Shown: positions 12,001 through 24,250 of the stretch, in pieces
Layout: each line of letters begins with the position of its first letter
Numbering within the stretch: position 1 is the stretch's first letter
NCBI GenBank assembly: GCA_013115145.1
Contig: JAAPAO010000169.1
Location: 1 to 58,579, forward strand
Direction of reading: 5' to 3'
Source of the DNA: Perkinsus chesapeaki ATCC PRA-425
Lineage: Eukaryota > Protista > Perkinsozoa
Length of the DNA: 58,579 bases
Notes under the pieces: generated by a model
The model's input: only the letters and a program-made list of their open reading frames with translations
What the model was told of the DNA's origin: nothing
The model's database searches: none
Position numbers and translations under genes: made by a program

Positions 12001-15000
12001 TCTCGTCGTTCGCAATGTTATCCTCAGCATCGGCTAATTGACGCGCCTGAAAAGCCTCGATACAATTTCAGGCCGGCAGCAGCTGAGACCTATTCCGGAC
12101 TTGTCATTTCAGACATATGAATCGAGATGAGTTTCAATTATAAGAATAATTGAGATAAAATTCACGCTCTACCACTGCAGATGTAGGACGGGATACATCT
12201 TTCCCCAACGACCGCATCCCCCTACCGTGTTCGCGCTATCTTCGTGCTCAAACTTCGCAAATGCAGCTTCGTCACCGTAAAGTAAATCCTTGAAGTGCTT
12301 GATCATCATCTAAAGCCACAAAAGTCAGAAAAGCAGCAGTAGCGTCGCCTTACCAAAAGTGATACTTCAAGATCACTAGCACGTTTAACCAGCGCGCTGT
12401 GCGCCTTGTTCAAATGATCGTCCAGGAACACCAAACCCTTCCGAAGCTCCCTTTCCATATTTTTACGCCGTTGAAGCAAATCCATCTGCTTTCGACTGAC
12501 AGAGGAAGAATTACTGCATAATCTCATATTGGACAGACCAAAGCAACCGCTCGAGGCGCATTTAATTTCAACCCGCGTCCGTGTAACATAGGTGTCAAAA
12601 ACAGCGGCGGTATTACCGCTAACCATCGGGCTGTCGTGGACTATATTTAATGGAGGCTCGAGCTGGGAAAGTTTTTACGAGAAATCGATTGCACTAACTG
12701 TTGAAAAATGCGGAAAACTAGAATGCAGGGCTCACGGATATCTTCTCTTCTTATGCTGCCTGTCTGAGCGCCGCGCTAACTCTAATTCGTTAAGTACTGG
12801 ATAAATCCACTCACTATGCTGCCTATGGACTTCCTCCGCAATGCGGCGCGCCTTGAGAAGGCCAGATACACCAAGCAGGCGATGCTTACTCCAGTGCAAT
12901 CTTCTGTTTGTCAATTGAACCAATCATTTCAGATGTGTCATTGCCCGCTTCCCTCTTCAAGGCCTCTATCCTTGGCTTCATCCTCTCTACCACTCTTATC
13001 CTGAATAACAGCAGCAGCCTTAAAAGGTAAAGATTGAACTCTATTCCATTTACTCGGAATCCACATCTTCAAGAATCCTCCTCCCTTTCTCTTCCTGCTG
13101 CCGACCCTTCATTAGCAAGTCCGTCAACATCTTCAACTGACATAATTAAAACTACTAATGCTCAATTTATGACCAATTAGTTTTGGTCATGTGTTCGAGT
13201 GTTCCTAGCACGTGCCGCGAAAGCCGTTAGTTGAATAATAATAGCTGTTGTTCAATATTATCATTTCTGTCATTCATAAATATACAATCCAAAAATATAT
13301 GAATATCGACCGACAGGCAACACTCTAAGACATTCCTTTTGTACTTGTGGGAAAGTCGTAATAACCTACCTGATTCTCAATGGCATCAAATCTTTGATTG
13401 GTCTGATTCGTCACAGCCTCTGCCTGAGCTTTGACTTCCTCCCTCAAAATTCTTCTAACATTGTTCATCCGCTCATGCCCGGCTGCTTCAGCTTCCATCG
13501 GGAACTGAAGGGTAACCAATGTAAAAGCATATCGGCTCAAAACTTAGGCTACTCACCTTGGACATCTCATTCGCATTCTCGTGGTACTTTTTCGACAGGA
13601 AGCTCTCAATCTTCTGATGCTCACTCGCCCGGGCCTGCGTCAGCTGCCTCGTACGAGCTTCAGCCTGAGAATGACAGTCACTTTTAGAGGTAAATACATA
13701 TTTCCGAGCATTGGGCGGTGAATTAAATACGAATGGGTAATGGTTAATAATGGAGCCACAGCATATCACAGAAACGGAATACAGCATTCTTAGCGAGAAT
13801 CGTCAAGTGTCGTCGCGGAGACTTACCCTGGCTGCATCAGATGATACAGTGCCGAGCTCCTTCTGAATGTCTTGCTCATCCGATAGGATAACACCAAGAT
13901 CGTTATGAAGGCCACCGAGAGCTTCACGGAGCCGATCCTGATAAATAGTCATACAAATTTCCAAGATATCATCGCTTTGCTTTGAGCAGGCAAGCAGGCT
14001 ATGACAGTATACAACTATGGTGGTGAGCAAATGTCACGAAGGCCTCTCACCCGAGTCTCATTCCGAGCATCTGCTGCATCTTTGTGAATAACACCTGTCA
14101 CGACCTGAACCGAGTTGGTAAGGTCTCGAGCTTGGTCAGCCTTCAAATGAGCTATATCGGCGCTTCCACCACTAACAGGTGAAGCAGTCAACAAAGCCAA
14201 ACGATATCAAGAAGGAGACTAACCTCCCAAGGAGCTGAAGGTCTTTAAGGGCATTCCTCAACGCCTGCTCGCTTTGTCGAGTGATGTCATCATTTTCATC
14301 ATGCAGGGCCCTCATTTCGCGTTCAGATGAGTGCACCGCCTCCGCTGTACTTTGCACTACCACCGAGGCCGACTTCACACCTGAGATTAATAGTTAATCG
14401 ATCACTTGATCGATTTATCTCTAACCTTTTTCCTCATTAGCTGTTTCCAAATTCAGTTGTTCCTTAAATCTTCTATACTCCTCCTTACTTGATTCACCAA
14501 ACTCGTTCATGCTGGCATCCAACACTGCTAGGAGCTGCTTCTGGGCATCGGTCAGAGATTCTGCCAGTGCAATGACTATGCTTCGGCTTCCTCCCAAACC
14601 TACGCTTCATTCTCCCCTGTCTTTCATTAGATTCCCCTTCTCTCGTTGCTATTTGCCTCGCATCAGTACCAACTCGAGATTTTACGCTTGATGATACAGT
14701 GTTCAACTTGGCGCTAAGACATCGGAAAACAGTACCGGCGAAAAGTCTTCCTGTGACCCAGCTAACGGTGGCCAATGGAATAAAGGTATAAAGGAACTGA
14801 GTTCTGTATTGCCCAGAAAATGAAAAAGAAATACTCCTTAAAAATGAGAGGCTTTCGTAGGTTTTAAAATCCGTATCATCGATTCTCTCGCAGAACATTC
14901 AAATACGAAACATTAGACTTAGCAAAATGTCCAAGAATGGGGAAAACGAGGACAAGAAATGATAACAACCGCATGCGAGTCGTATGATTATCCAGCTTAT

Positions 15001-18000
15001 TATATAGCACCAGTAATATAATAGAACAACAAACACCCTTACTCGGCACGATCTGCTGCCAAAGTGATATCCGAGCTCAGCGCCGCCTCGGTATTCTGTA
15101 AAGATTTCTCCGCATCGGTCAGCTCTGCCTCCTCGGCATCATCAAGCCGTGCTTCTTGCCTCTGCAAGTCACGGACCTTCTGCATGCCCACTAGTCTCTA
15201 AAATACCACAAAATGTCATGACCGCGCGCCACGTAAATCCAACCTACCTCTGTCCCCGCTATCCCTTGAGCTGAGGTTTCGAGATCCTTCAATTCCGCAT
15301 TTGCCGTGGCTGCCTCTCCCTCGGCCTGATCAGTAGAAATGCAGCCACCAGGATTCGAACCCGGGATTGTTACATCCTTCTCTATGCCTTCTATCTCACC
15401 GTCAATATGTGATTCCAAACTTCGCTCCGTTCGTTTCAAAGAGTCCTCCAATAACCGATGAGGGTCCTTGGTCACATCAACCATCCTTCCGACTCCATCG
15501 CTGAACAACACAAGCTCTGAGTAGGTCAGTAGTCAGAGTCACCATTGAACTCGGACCCCGTAATCGAACAATGCCTACTCTTAATTGATAATATTAAAGT
15601 TGTTTGCGTGGTGATACAGCCAGAGTAATGAAAGTCCAACCAATACCCTCACGTGTTTCAGTGCTACCAACATTTCCCTATTTTCCCGAACCCCTCACTC
15701 ACCCAAGTCTGTCAATTGCTTCCGCCTGCCTCTTAGCAACATTAATGAACCCATCTAATCCTCGTTCTTGAGTCACCTCATCGGAGCCGATGTCCTCAAC
15801 GAAGTGCCGATCAGCCATCGCGAAGTCCTGACCAATTCCCTCGAGATTGAGCACACATTGTTGCCTACCTTTCCAGATCTTCGGAGGATCATTACGCGTT
15901 TCTGGCCGATATCTCTCAGGTGATCATTTATTTTTTTCGTGCCGCTCTTCTGTTGTCTTTCCACCGTCCTAGCGTTCGTGGCCAACTCGCGGTTGAAGAG
16001 CGAGTCGGTACGTTTAACTTCACGTTTAGACTGAAGCAGCAGCAATCAAGTAAGGTTCCCTGTAGTGACAAAAGTGCTGTGCTCTCAAACAGTTTCCAAA
16101 TAGAGAATATTCCTACAAAGCTGATTAATTAGGGAAAATTTCAACCAAGGATATAAGCACTCTACAGCAATAACCTACAGCAGGGTCAACCTGTCTACAC
16201 AAATAAGACCGTCGTATCCTACCAAGCTGACCTATTTTGAATCTTATTCCTACCTTTTCCTCAGTCTTCTCCGCCGTCTTCTGAAATTTCCTAGCCATAG
16301 CGTTTCGGTCACGGTCGCCCTCCTCTGTTATGGCCCTGACGTCACATTAACAATACCCTCCTAAAAAGCAACACAAAATCTGTCTCCTCACATTTTCATG
16401 AGCTTCCTTCTCTGTGGTCCACCAGCAACATATTTCTCCAGAAACCTGTCAGCTCTGTCAGTTCTTGCCACAAACGTAGAGGTTGCTCTCTCAACCTGAT
16501 CCGCAATTCCCAATTATGCTGCCAATCGTATTTCCTTACTTTATCCAGCACGCCCATACTGTATTTTGAATGTCTTTCCGCGAGCTTCTTCAATGTTCTT
16601 TGCAACTTAAAGACCTTCTTTACCAGCGCTCCAATGGACTGAAAAGTCATATTAAAAAAATCACACTGCAATAATCCGGCTGACCTTCATAAGATCAACA
16701 TAAATGCTTCTCGTATCCGAGAGGAGCTTCTGGCCGTTCTCCTCAGATGCTGCCAAGAACTTCCTTATATCCTGAATAATGGAAACTGGAAAAAGCTCGT
16801 CGAAAATTTTCAATCTAAGATCAGTAGCATAACAGACTCTTTTTCATGAGGCCCTATTGAACAGTCCTTTAACCTTGAGGACTTGAGGGTAAATGTAAGT
16901 AATATAAAAGATATAATATTCAAAGCTGCTGGTAATATTGATTAGTAGTATTAATACCAATAAGAATAGCGAACCGTGAGATATCAGAAGCAGCGATTAG
17001 AAATACTTCCAACCTACCGCAGTGAACAATTCCGTGTACATATCCTTATCCCTGTCAACTGTCTTTTTAATATCCCTTAAAAATAACAATAATAATCATC
17101 TCGCTCCCGCTAACCCTTACTGTTCCTCATCCTGTAGCGTTCTGTCATGATCGGTTATAATCGCAGTCTGACAAAAACAGCATTAAAGATTAATTTTTAA
17201 ATTCTTCATTTCGTGAATTCAACTACCGAAATAAAAGAGTTCAATTAACCGATAGCAGCGACACTTCTACTAGTAGTCGCTAGAACTCAAATCGACATAC
17301 TATTTCACTAGATCCAGAACCGATGGTGGAAGATGCTTCAGAATTCCGCTAACATTTCCAACTTTGAAAAGCGTGGTGACTTCTTCTATCTTACCACCGC
17401 CGGTTTGAGCAACTCTAGGACCTTCAGTACAGCATCAGCCTGGTCAACCAGACCCTTTCCTCCTCGCCTAATCAGACACGCAGGTTCGAATCTCAGCCAG
17501 GGTACTTTATTAATTACTGTCGGTCCATGTCTGTAACTTCGATCATCGGACGCATATCGTTCTTCGTTATACCTTCCATCTTCTTCAGCATACCGTCCAC
17601 CCTGACCCATATCCAAGGTTGAAGCGCGCAAGATGCTCAAGGGGTCAGCTTACATCCTTGTGGCTGCCTTTACTTCCAGTGCAAGTTTTTTCCCTATGCT
17701 ATCTGCTTCTCTCGTGTGTCTGAATGCTACTTGCCCACAATTAACCGTCATATAATAGTGCTCACAGAACCCATTCCTGCCAGAAAAAGCACATCCCGGG
17801 ATTCGAACCCGCGGCCTTCCTTACATCCAATCACCCCAATAACCACTAGTGTGCTTCAAATCTGCCCTCAGTAAGCCCTTCACTGCTTTGATATGGTTCA
17901 TTATATCCACATATTGCTCCCCCTCATCGTTCCTCTCCGACAACAACGACACCCTTGTCAAACTCCTGTCTGGCTCAGTCCCTCGCAAAAGCAGTAACCG

Positions 18001-19313
18001 AATTATCAGTAATAATTTAACATACATATGAACAGGAAAGTAATGGCTAAGATTCATAATATCTCAACCTGGTAAATCACACCAGCAGCAGCAACAGCAG
18101 CAACAGCAGCAACAACAACAACAACAACAACCCCGATCTACACTCGCTTTGATCCACAATCTATAATCGCTACGAGACTCAAATCATTATTAAATAAATA
18201 TTCTCTTTAAACTTAATGCCTTCTTACTCCACCTATCGTTCTATCTACAATTTACTGATACCCTATAAACAGGTAAAGACCTCGTTTGTGCCCGCTGTCT
18301 ACCACAACAACAGCAAGTTCGACACTCTTGAAATCAACCCCGTCGAATTAACCAACACAAGACTCTTGTTTGATAGTAAAGTTCACTTCTCTTCTAAAAC
18401 CTCACCACCAGCAATAGCTCTCAGCTACGACAGCGAACATCATCAGAACATACCGATGCATGATGCTTACCTTCTTCACTGTCACTGCATCCTCTGCACT
18501 TCTGGTACTGTGAAAATATAAAGGGAGTTCCTCTTGAAGATGATTGAGACTAAAGAGAATTCTCAACGACCGAAAGCTACTTAACGAATGGCAGCCCCCT
18601 AGCAGCGGGGTTAGGTTTGCTCATCATGAGGAACACATTTGATGATGAATCTAGGGATTATTCATAAATGCACAAAGTACGCTAGAGCTACAGGATGACA
18701 TGAACACTTTCCTGCCCCCGCCACCACCGCGCTCGAATGCTTCAAGTAGTTGACTTAAAAGGTAACTTAAACTACGACATTCATACCCCAATGAATGCCT
18801 GTATTGTTAATATCATTCTTATCTACCACTTCATGCAAATCAAACCCGTTTTCAGTGACTTACTCGCCAGCTGGTGGCAGCCATCCCTCTACTCCACGAC
18901 TCTCAACAGGAACCGCGCCAGTTATGCTATAGGATTCAACATTCGTTTTCAACCTGTACATGCCCAAATATGCCAATGATACATACAATACCCACTTTTC
19001 ATTCCAAGATAAATCAGGATTCACAAAGCCTTCCTGGGGGATCTTCGAGGTCGGCGGGGGGGAAGCACGTGGACGTATGAGAGCGCCGTAGTCCAGCGGT
19101 TTACCGAGATCCACCTTAACACCGTCGATCTGAAATAACAATGCATTCTTGAAGAAGAATCACTTTCAGTCTCACCGACGGTTTCGCTGGCTCAGTCGAT
19201 TTCAATCCAGTTGAAGTCGGCAGCGGCGCTGGGTTTCTGACAACCTTATCAGGCTCAGAAGACGAAGATGCGATGCATAAGCTAGCAACAGCTAGAGGTG
19301 TCAGAAAAATCAT
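9061..19313 (-). CDS. Gene B: giant multi-exon secreted coiled-coil protein (paralog of gene A)
   Basis: Signal-peptide-like start MIFLTPLAVASLCIASSSS at 19313 and numerous helical charged exons. Terminal exons FMDGIQPLLGEMK..., GERTEILKE...ETWTETMK and HLSSKNKEFQEEVSSVRAE...VQGLP* (TGA 9063..9061) align to the last exons of gene A. Confidence 0.8.
18083..18130. repeat. Compound (CAG)/(CAA) microsatellite in an intron of gene B
   Basis: cagcagcagcaacagcagcaacagcagcaacaacaacaacaacaacaa read directly. Confidence 0.9.
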
Positions 19314-19774
19314 TGTGGCATTTAAATATACAAGTAATAGCTGAGCAACTCCGTTTGAACTCCGCTGCCACTACAACTCTACACCATCCATGGTGACAGG
19401 AGGGATCAAGGAGCACCGAGAAGATCGTTAACTCTGAAAAGGGTAAGATAGTAGAAAGCAAACGATGCGACGACAGTCAGCAGACATTCTATTCACAGGC
19501 TTTATCGTGTCAATTGATGCAACAAGTATTGGCCATACATTCAATCAAAGCATATTCAGAAACATAGCAAAAAAGATAGTGATTTTCCAGTCTCTGAAAT
19601 TGAGTGTGAATTAGTTATTATCAATAACAAATAGTATTCTCTCTCCCTAGTAGCATTCGTGTTCACACCAGACCGAGGGACAACATCCAACATACAACAG
19701 ATGCTTCCTATTTTTTCTTACATTTCTAACATTCGGAACCATTTAGCATCACTGAGAGCCCCCATTTCCCCATC

Positions 19775-21400
19775 CTACTTGGCTAACTTCACATTAACAT
19801 TCTCCCAGGCAGCACCTTCGGGCTGCACCTCGGGATGAGGTGTAGCTGTCAACTGCACTGGATACCTGATAGGCACTATTGAGTCGTGTCGGGATATCTC
19901 TCTCAGTGTCTTAGCGTCTCCTGGTTTCCTCAACGGTTATAAATACGCTATCAACGGGGATGTAAATTTTCGCAAAATTTCCCCGAAATTTTCCTCTATT
20001 TCGCAACTGCCATTAAACGTCGCCCCGCACGAGGCTTACTTATCATGATCCCATTTGAGATTCAAATCAGTGACAACATTTTCCCCTTCAGGAACGCTGA
20101 TATTGGCCAAGATAGGAAGTAAATTATCCGACTTAACAACAGCCAACTGCTCCCACTTATCCTTCTCAACAAGTGGTATGCTGGCAGAGGTATCAAGGTC
20201 CCACTGAAAAGAAGAGGAATATCATTACAATATAAAACTCGGATCAAAAATTTTGCTCGCCAGTGAGCGGGGCATGAAATAGCAGGAGGGCGAATTACAG
20301 ATTGCAACATCCGCTCCGCCCGACGGTTATAAGTGAGATTGATGATTTATCATTCATAACTGTATAGTTCAGAGTTTCCATAAAAATGAGCCCAACCAAG
20401 CTTACCGGGCTCGTCGGAGGCCATGTTGGTCTGCTGCTGCCCCTCTGTGATTCTCTAAGTTAACAGCTCTGAACTGAGGCATACCAACACCTATCCTTAC
20501 CTTCCGTCACTGTTTAACCGAACAGCTAATGCTGCTGCTGTTGTGTAGATGGAATACAAACAATAGGGGAATATTAGGTTGAATAAAGGTAGAATCGTAT
20601 TAGCTGAAAAGCTCAGGTCGAATACCAGAGAAACAGATGAACCAGATAATTCCGTAAATTCCTCAGTCTGCTCTCTCCCTCTCCACAAAGCATTCAAGAG
20701 TTCACTTTCTCATTTGTATCAATATAAAATAGATCAACACAGACTATATCCCTTAAAGTGAACCCAATAAGATTGACAGCTCAATCACAAAGGTTGTTAG
20801 AAAAGAGATCCAAGCCTCCAACAATTGTAGCAAGGAATAGTAACAATACGTTATGATCCTCTTAACACATCATACCACTCGTCCGTCCCATGTGGGCTGC
20901 TCCTCGGCTCTTTGCATCTGAACAAATACCACAACATCGACTAATAACTAAGAGCTGCATCGCTACTGAGCGTAAAAACAAATCCATATCGGAGGAAAGC
21001 CACAAAACTCCCAGAGAAAATTTTCCAAATTTTTCCACGGAAATTTCCTGAATTTTCCCAAAAGTGTTTCGACCGACCTGAGCTTGACACAGCAGTTCCC
21101 TTCATGATCAAAGATGACCATCACCCTTCCCCAATCAGCCTCACAAACCACATGCTTGCCATTCACACCAAAGGAGAAAGAATCGCTGAGAATTGGGGAA
21201 ATGCAAGATTGCAAGTGAGAGCAAGATTCCACCTACAATGGCACAGAGCCTGATAAATTATTCAGTAATCGATCCTCGAAATCTCGCTCAGTTCGCCATA
21301 GACTTAACCGTGAGCATTGAGCAACATCATCAACCATCAGTACTGCAAAGCACCTAGTCACACTTGGATCGATTCATAATGTAAGAATTAACATTTGCCA
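19775..21400 (-). pseudogene. Multi-exon hypothetical gene with a probable premature stop
   Basis: GT-AG-bounded exons DSFSFGVNGKHVVCEADWGRVMVIFDHEGNCCVKLR and WDLDTSASIPLVEKDKWEQLAVVKSDNLLPILANISVPEGENVVTDLNLKWDHD. An in-frame TAA at 19913..19911 precedes further spliced in-frame sequence ending TAG 19777..19775. The 5' end is not defined. Confidence 0.45.
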
Positions 21401-24019
21401 TCTTATTGGAGACAAATGACACATATTCTGCCGTACAGGAGAACTACCTCACCATTTGATAATAAAGAAGCATACTCTGGCCACCATCGCAATTTTCACA
21501 CGCACTGTAACTATCCGACCCTGAAGATTATATCAATATTTACATTTTTAAAATAATAACAACAACTGGACCACCGTCAATACGCGTTACATGCCCCAGT
21601 TCAACCTCATCGGGAGACTATTACCTTCTCTACAAGTGATAATATCGTCGAACACACAGCATTTTGGCAATTCCCTTACTCGTGGATAGCAAGTACACGG
21701 ATACTCGGTATTAATCAGATAGTGAATGAATACAAGTTGATATAAAAAATAATAGTGAAGTAAATAATTAACAAAGTCAACTACTGGACATACAGTAATT
21801 AACTTCGCCTTATCCAACCTACCATTTCCATATATCAAAATATCCTCCTTTATTCCTCTGTATCCAACCTCTGATTCTAATACCGCCCATCAACCTAAGA
21901 TTCCCCGACGATTCCCCAGCCACTAGACCACCCAATCTTTCACTCGAAAAGTACACTGCTGCCGAAGATGTTAGAGAATACTCCGACATGACTAAAAAAC
22001 AGGAAGCAAAACGCTGGTGACCTGCCGTGCTTCCATTTCACAGACGTCGGATCAGTCTAAAAATGGCAAGATAATACTTTACACGAAAAGATACAATTAC
22101 GAAATGATACAGAACATGCCCGACTATGATTTTCAAACATTCCATTACGTCGCTCTGTAAGTTCAATAATTTATCTGATTTCTTATTCGCAATTTTCAAG
22201 GAGCAGCCCTCAAGCACCAACCAAGAATCGAGTCTGTCGTTTCTAACCTACCCAGTGACGTCGCTTCTGAGCCTCTATAAGCCGATCGACTTCGAGGTGT
22301 AACGCTACTTCGCGGCTCAGATGGTGCCTAAATGCCATCAAGTCACATGAGCGTTCACCACGTCAGACCAACCTTGAATGGTGTCTCCTCCTCCGGACAG
22401 CAATCCACTTCAGTATGCTGCTGTGCTGGTATTGGCGAAGGAGACTAACAGGGAGGAATATAATCCGACCGAACTCTCTCCATTCATCTATCCGACGCTA
22501 AAAAACTGACTATATTAAGTATTATAAATGCTGGAAATCTTTTGAGTTTTAATAATCTATCAGATTTTGACCCAAATAAAACTGAAGATCGGATAGGCTT
22601 GATTTACATAGCACGCACACAACCCTAATAAACAGTTTACCTCAACTGGATCTCCCGGCATACCCGCATCTCTGGCATACCCGCTAGACGCCGACTCGAA
22701 TGGTGGTGTACCGCGGCGGTCTCTGAAAAAGAAGGAGACCTACTGCGATCCACAAAGATACGCACAGTTACGCACTCGCTAGAAAGCGAGACGACCTCCG
22801 TTTCCTCAGTCTGTGATGCAACTACATTTACAGTTGCCGTAGCCGCGGATCGAACCTGCGTCTCCCGTCCAGCACACCTGGGATCCCCAGTCTCATCCAT
22901 CACGTGACCACCAATTGCTGTCATCACCGGGGTGCTGCTGGCCGTCAGAAACTGCCATCGCAAGGTTATCGAATAATATGATGACACGTCTTTAGCATTG
23001 CGAGTTCTCTCCGACTAGTCTTGATAGTTTGACAAAGTTCGGTAGCGTCTCACTGCCAGAGTCTCGCTCAGCCATATAGCTATAAAAACCAACCCGTAAG
23101 AGTTCGTAACCACGACTTTCGTTTCCCTAGAGACAACAAACCACCAACGCCCACATTCCATCCAAATAAGAACATTATCAGAATAACTTCCGTACCTCGA
23201 CGCCAAATTTGATACTGCGGTGAGGGCTACGCATCACCGCTTTACTTTGTAAGTTTTGACGGTGTGCTTATTATTGCTATCCATAAACTGCCCACATACC
23301 TCTTCAGTTTGTTTCCTATCTGCACTAAAGACTGCGGGCATAGCATGGCTCTTGGCACGGACGCCAAGGCAGTAACTACACCGTCCTGCCAGGGATGTGC
23401 TCAAGTCGTTACCCATAAAAGAAAGACTGATAACGGAAGTTACGGTATGAATTAATAACACAATCTTAGGGACAACAGAAAATTATTGCTACAGGAACAC
23501 ACGTGATAATGACGATAGTAGGGAATCATAACAAGTTAGCAACCTTGCACGTTGAGGCCACGAAAGATACGCCCAAAATCTTCAGAGTGCGCTTATTAGG
23601 GGATATCTTGCCTCTGCGGTGTGGCTGGAAATGAACGACAATCATCCTCATTGATAATCACAGTGTGGCTTGCAACTACTTGCACATAGTAAATTATAGT
23701 AAAATCTTATTGTATCCAATCTAACCAATTTTGTATCTTGCACGCTTCGACCTTGGATACCTATGCCCACTTACACGTAATCCTTAATGACACCGGTCCC
23801 AAAGAAAGCCTCCATGTAGCCGTCCTCGATTGACCACGTTCTTCCCCCTCCTTAAAGCCAGCAGCCCATTGTCTTGCCGCCTCTAGCAGCATAATCGGCC
23901 TCCTAATGGTGACAGCTCCTCGCCATTGAATTAGTCGACACAAATGTGATACTCTCTCTGTCTCCAATGTCTGATGATCAGCAATTCCGACCAGTGCCGA
24001 GTTAACAACGATATATTAC

Positions 24020-24250
24020 GTCTTGTAATGAGGACATTTCCTGGCGCATTGCCGTACATTCTTCACTCAAACGGCCATAGGCATACCGCTCCTTCTCCAA
24101 ATCATGCCTGAATACCCCATGACAGGAACAAACCTGCATACTGTTGCTAACCTAAGCTCTTGATTTTCTTCGATAACAGCTCCCAATTGGTTCTTTAAGA
24201 CCCTCAAATCTCTTCTATAATCCAAAAGAATCTCACGGAGCTCTGTAAAG
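24020..24250 (-). CDS. Coiled-coil coding exons of an unresolved gene or remnant
   Basis: Splice-site-flanked frames ELREILLDYRRDLRVLKNQLGAVIEENQELRLATV and HDLEKERYAYGRLSEECTAMRQEMSSLQD. Confidence 0.4.

Noticed and set aside
15345-15365. B-box-like GGGTTCGAATCC
   Set aside because: Lies in a coding exon of gene B (PGSNPG) with no cloverleaf.
17772-17819. tRNA T-arm-like GGGTTCGAATCCC followed by a T-run, with partial acceptor-stem pairing
   Set aside because: No D or anticodon stem. The would-be 5' half is the conserved GYWGDW coding exon, and the rest is an ordinary 48-nt intron.
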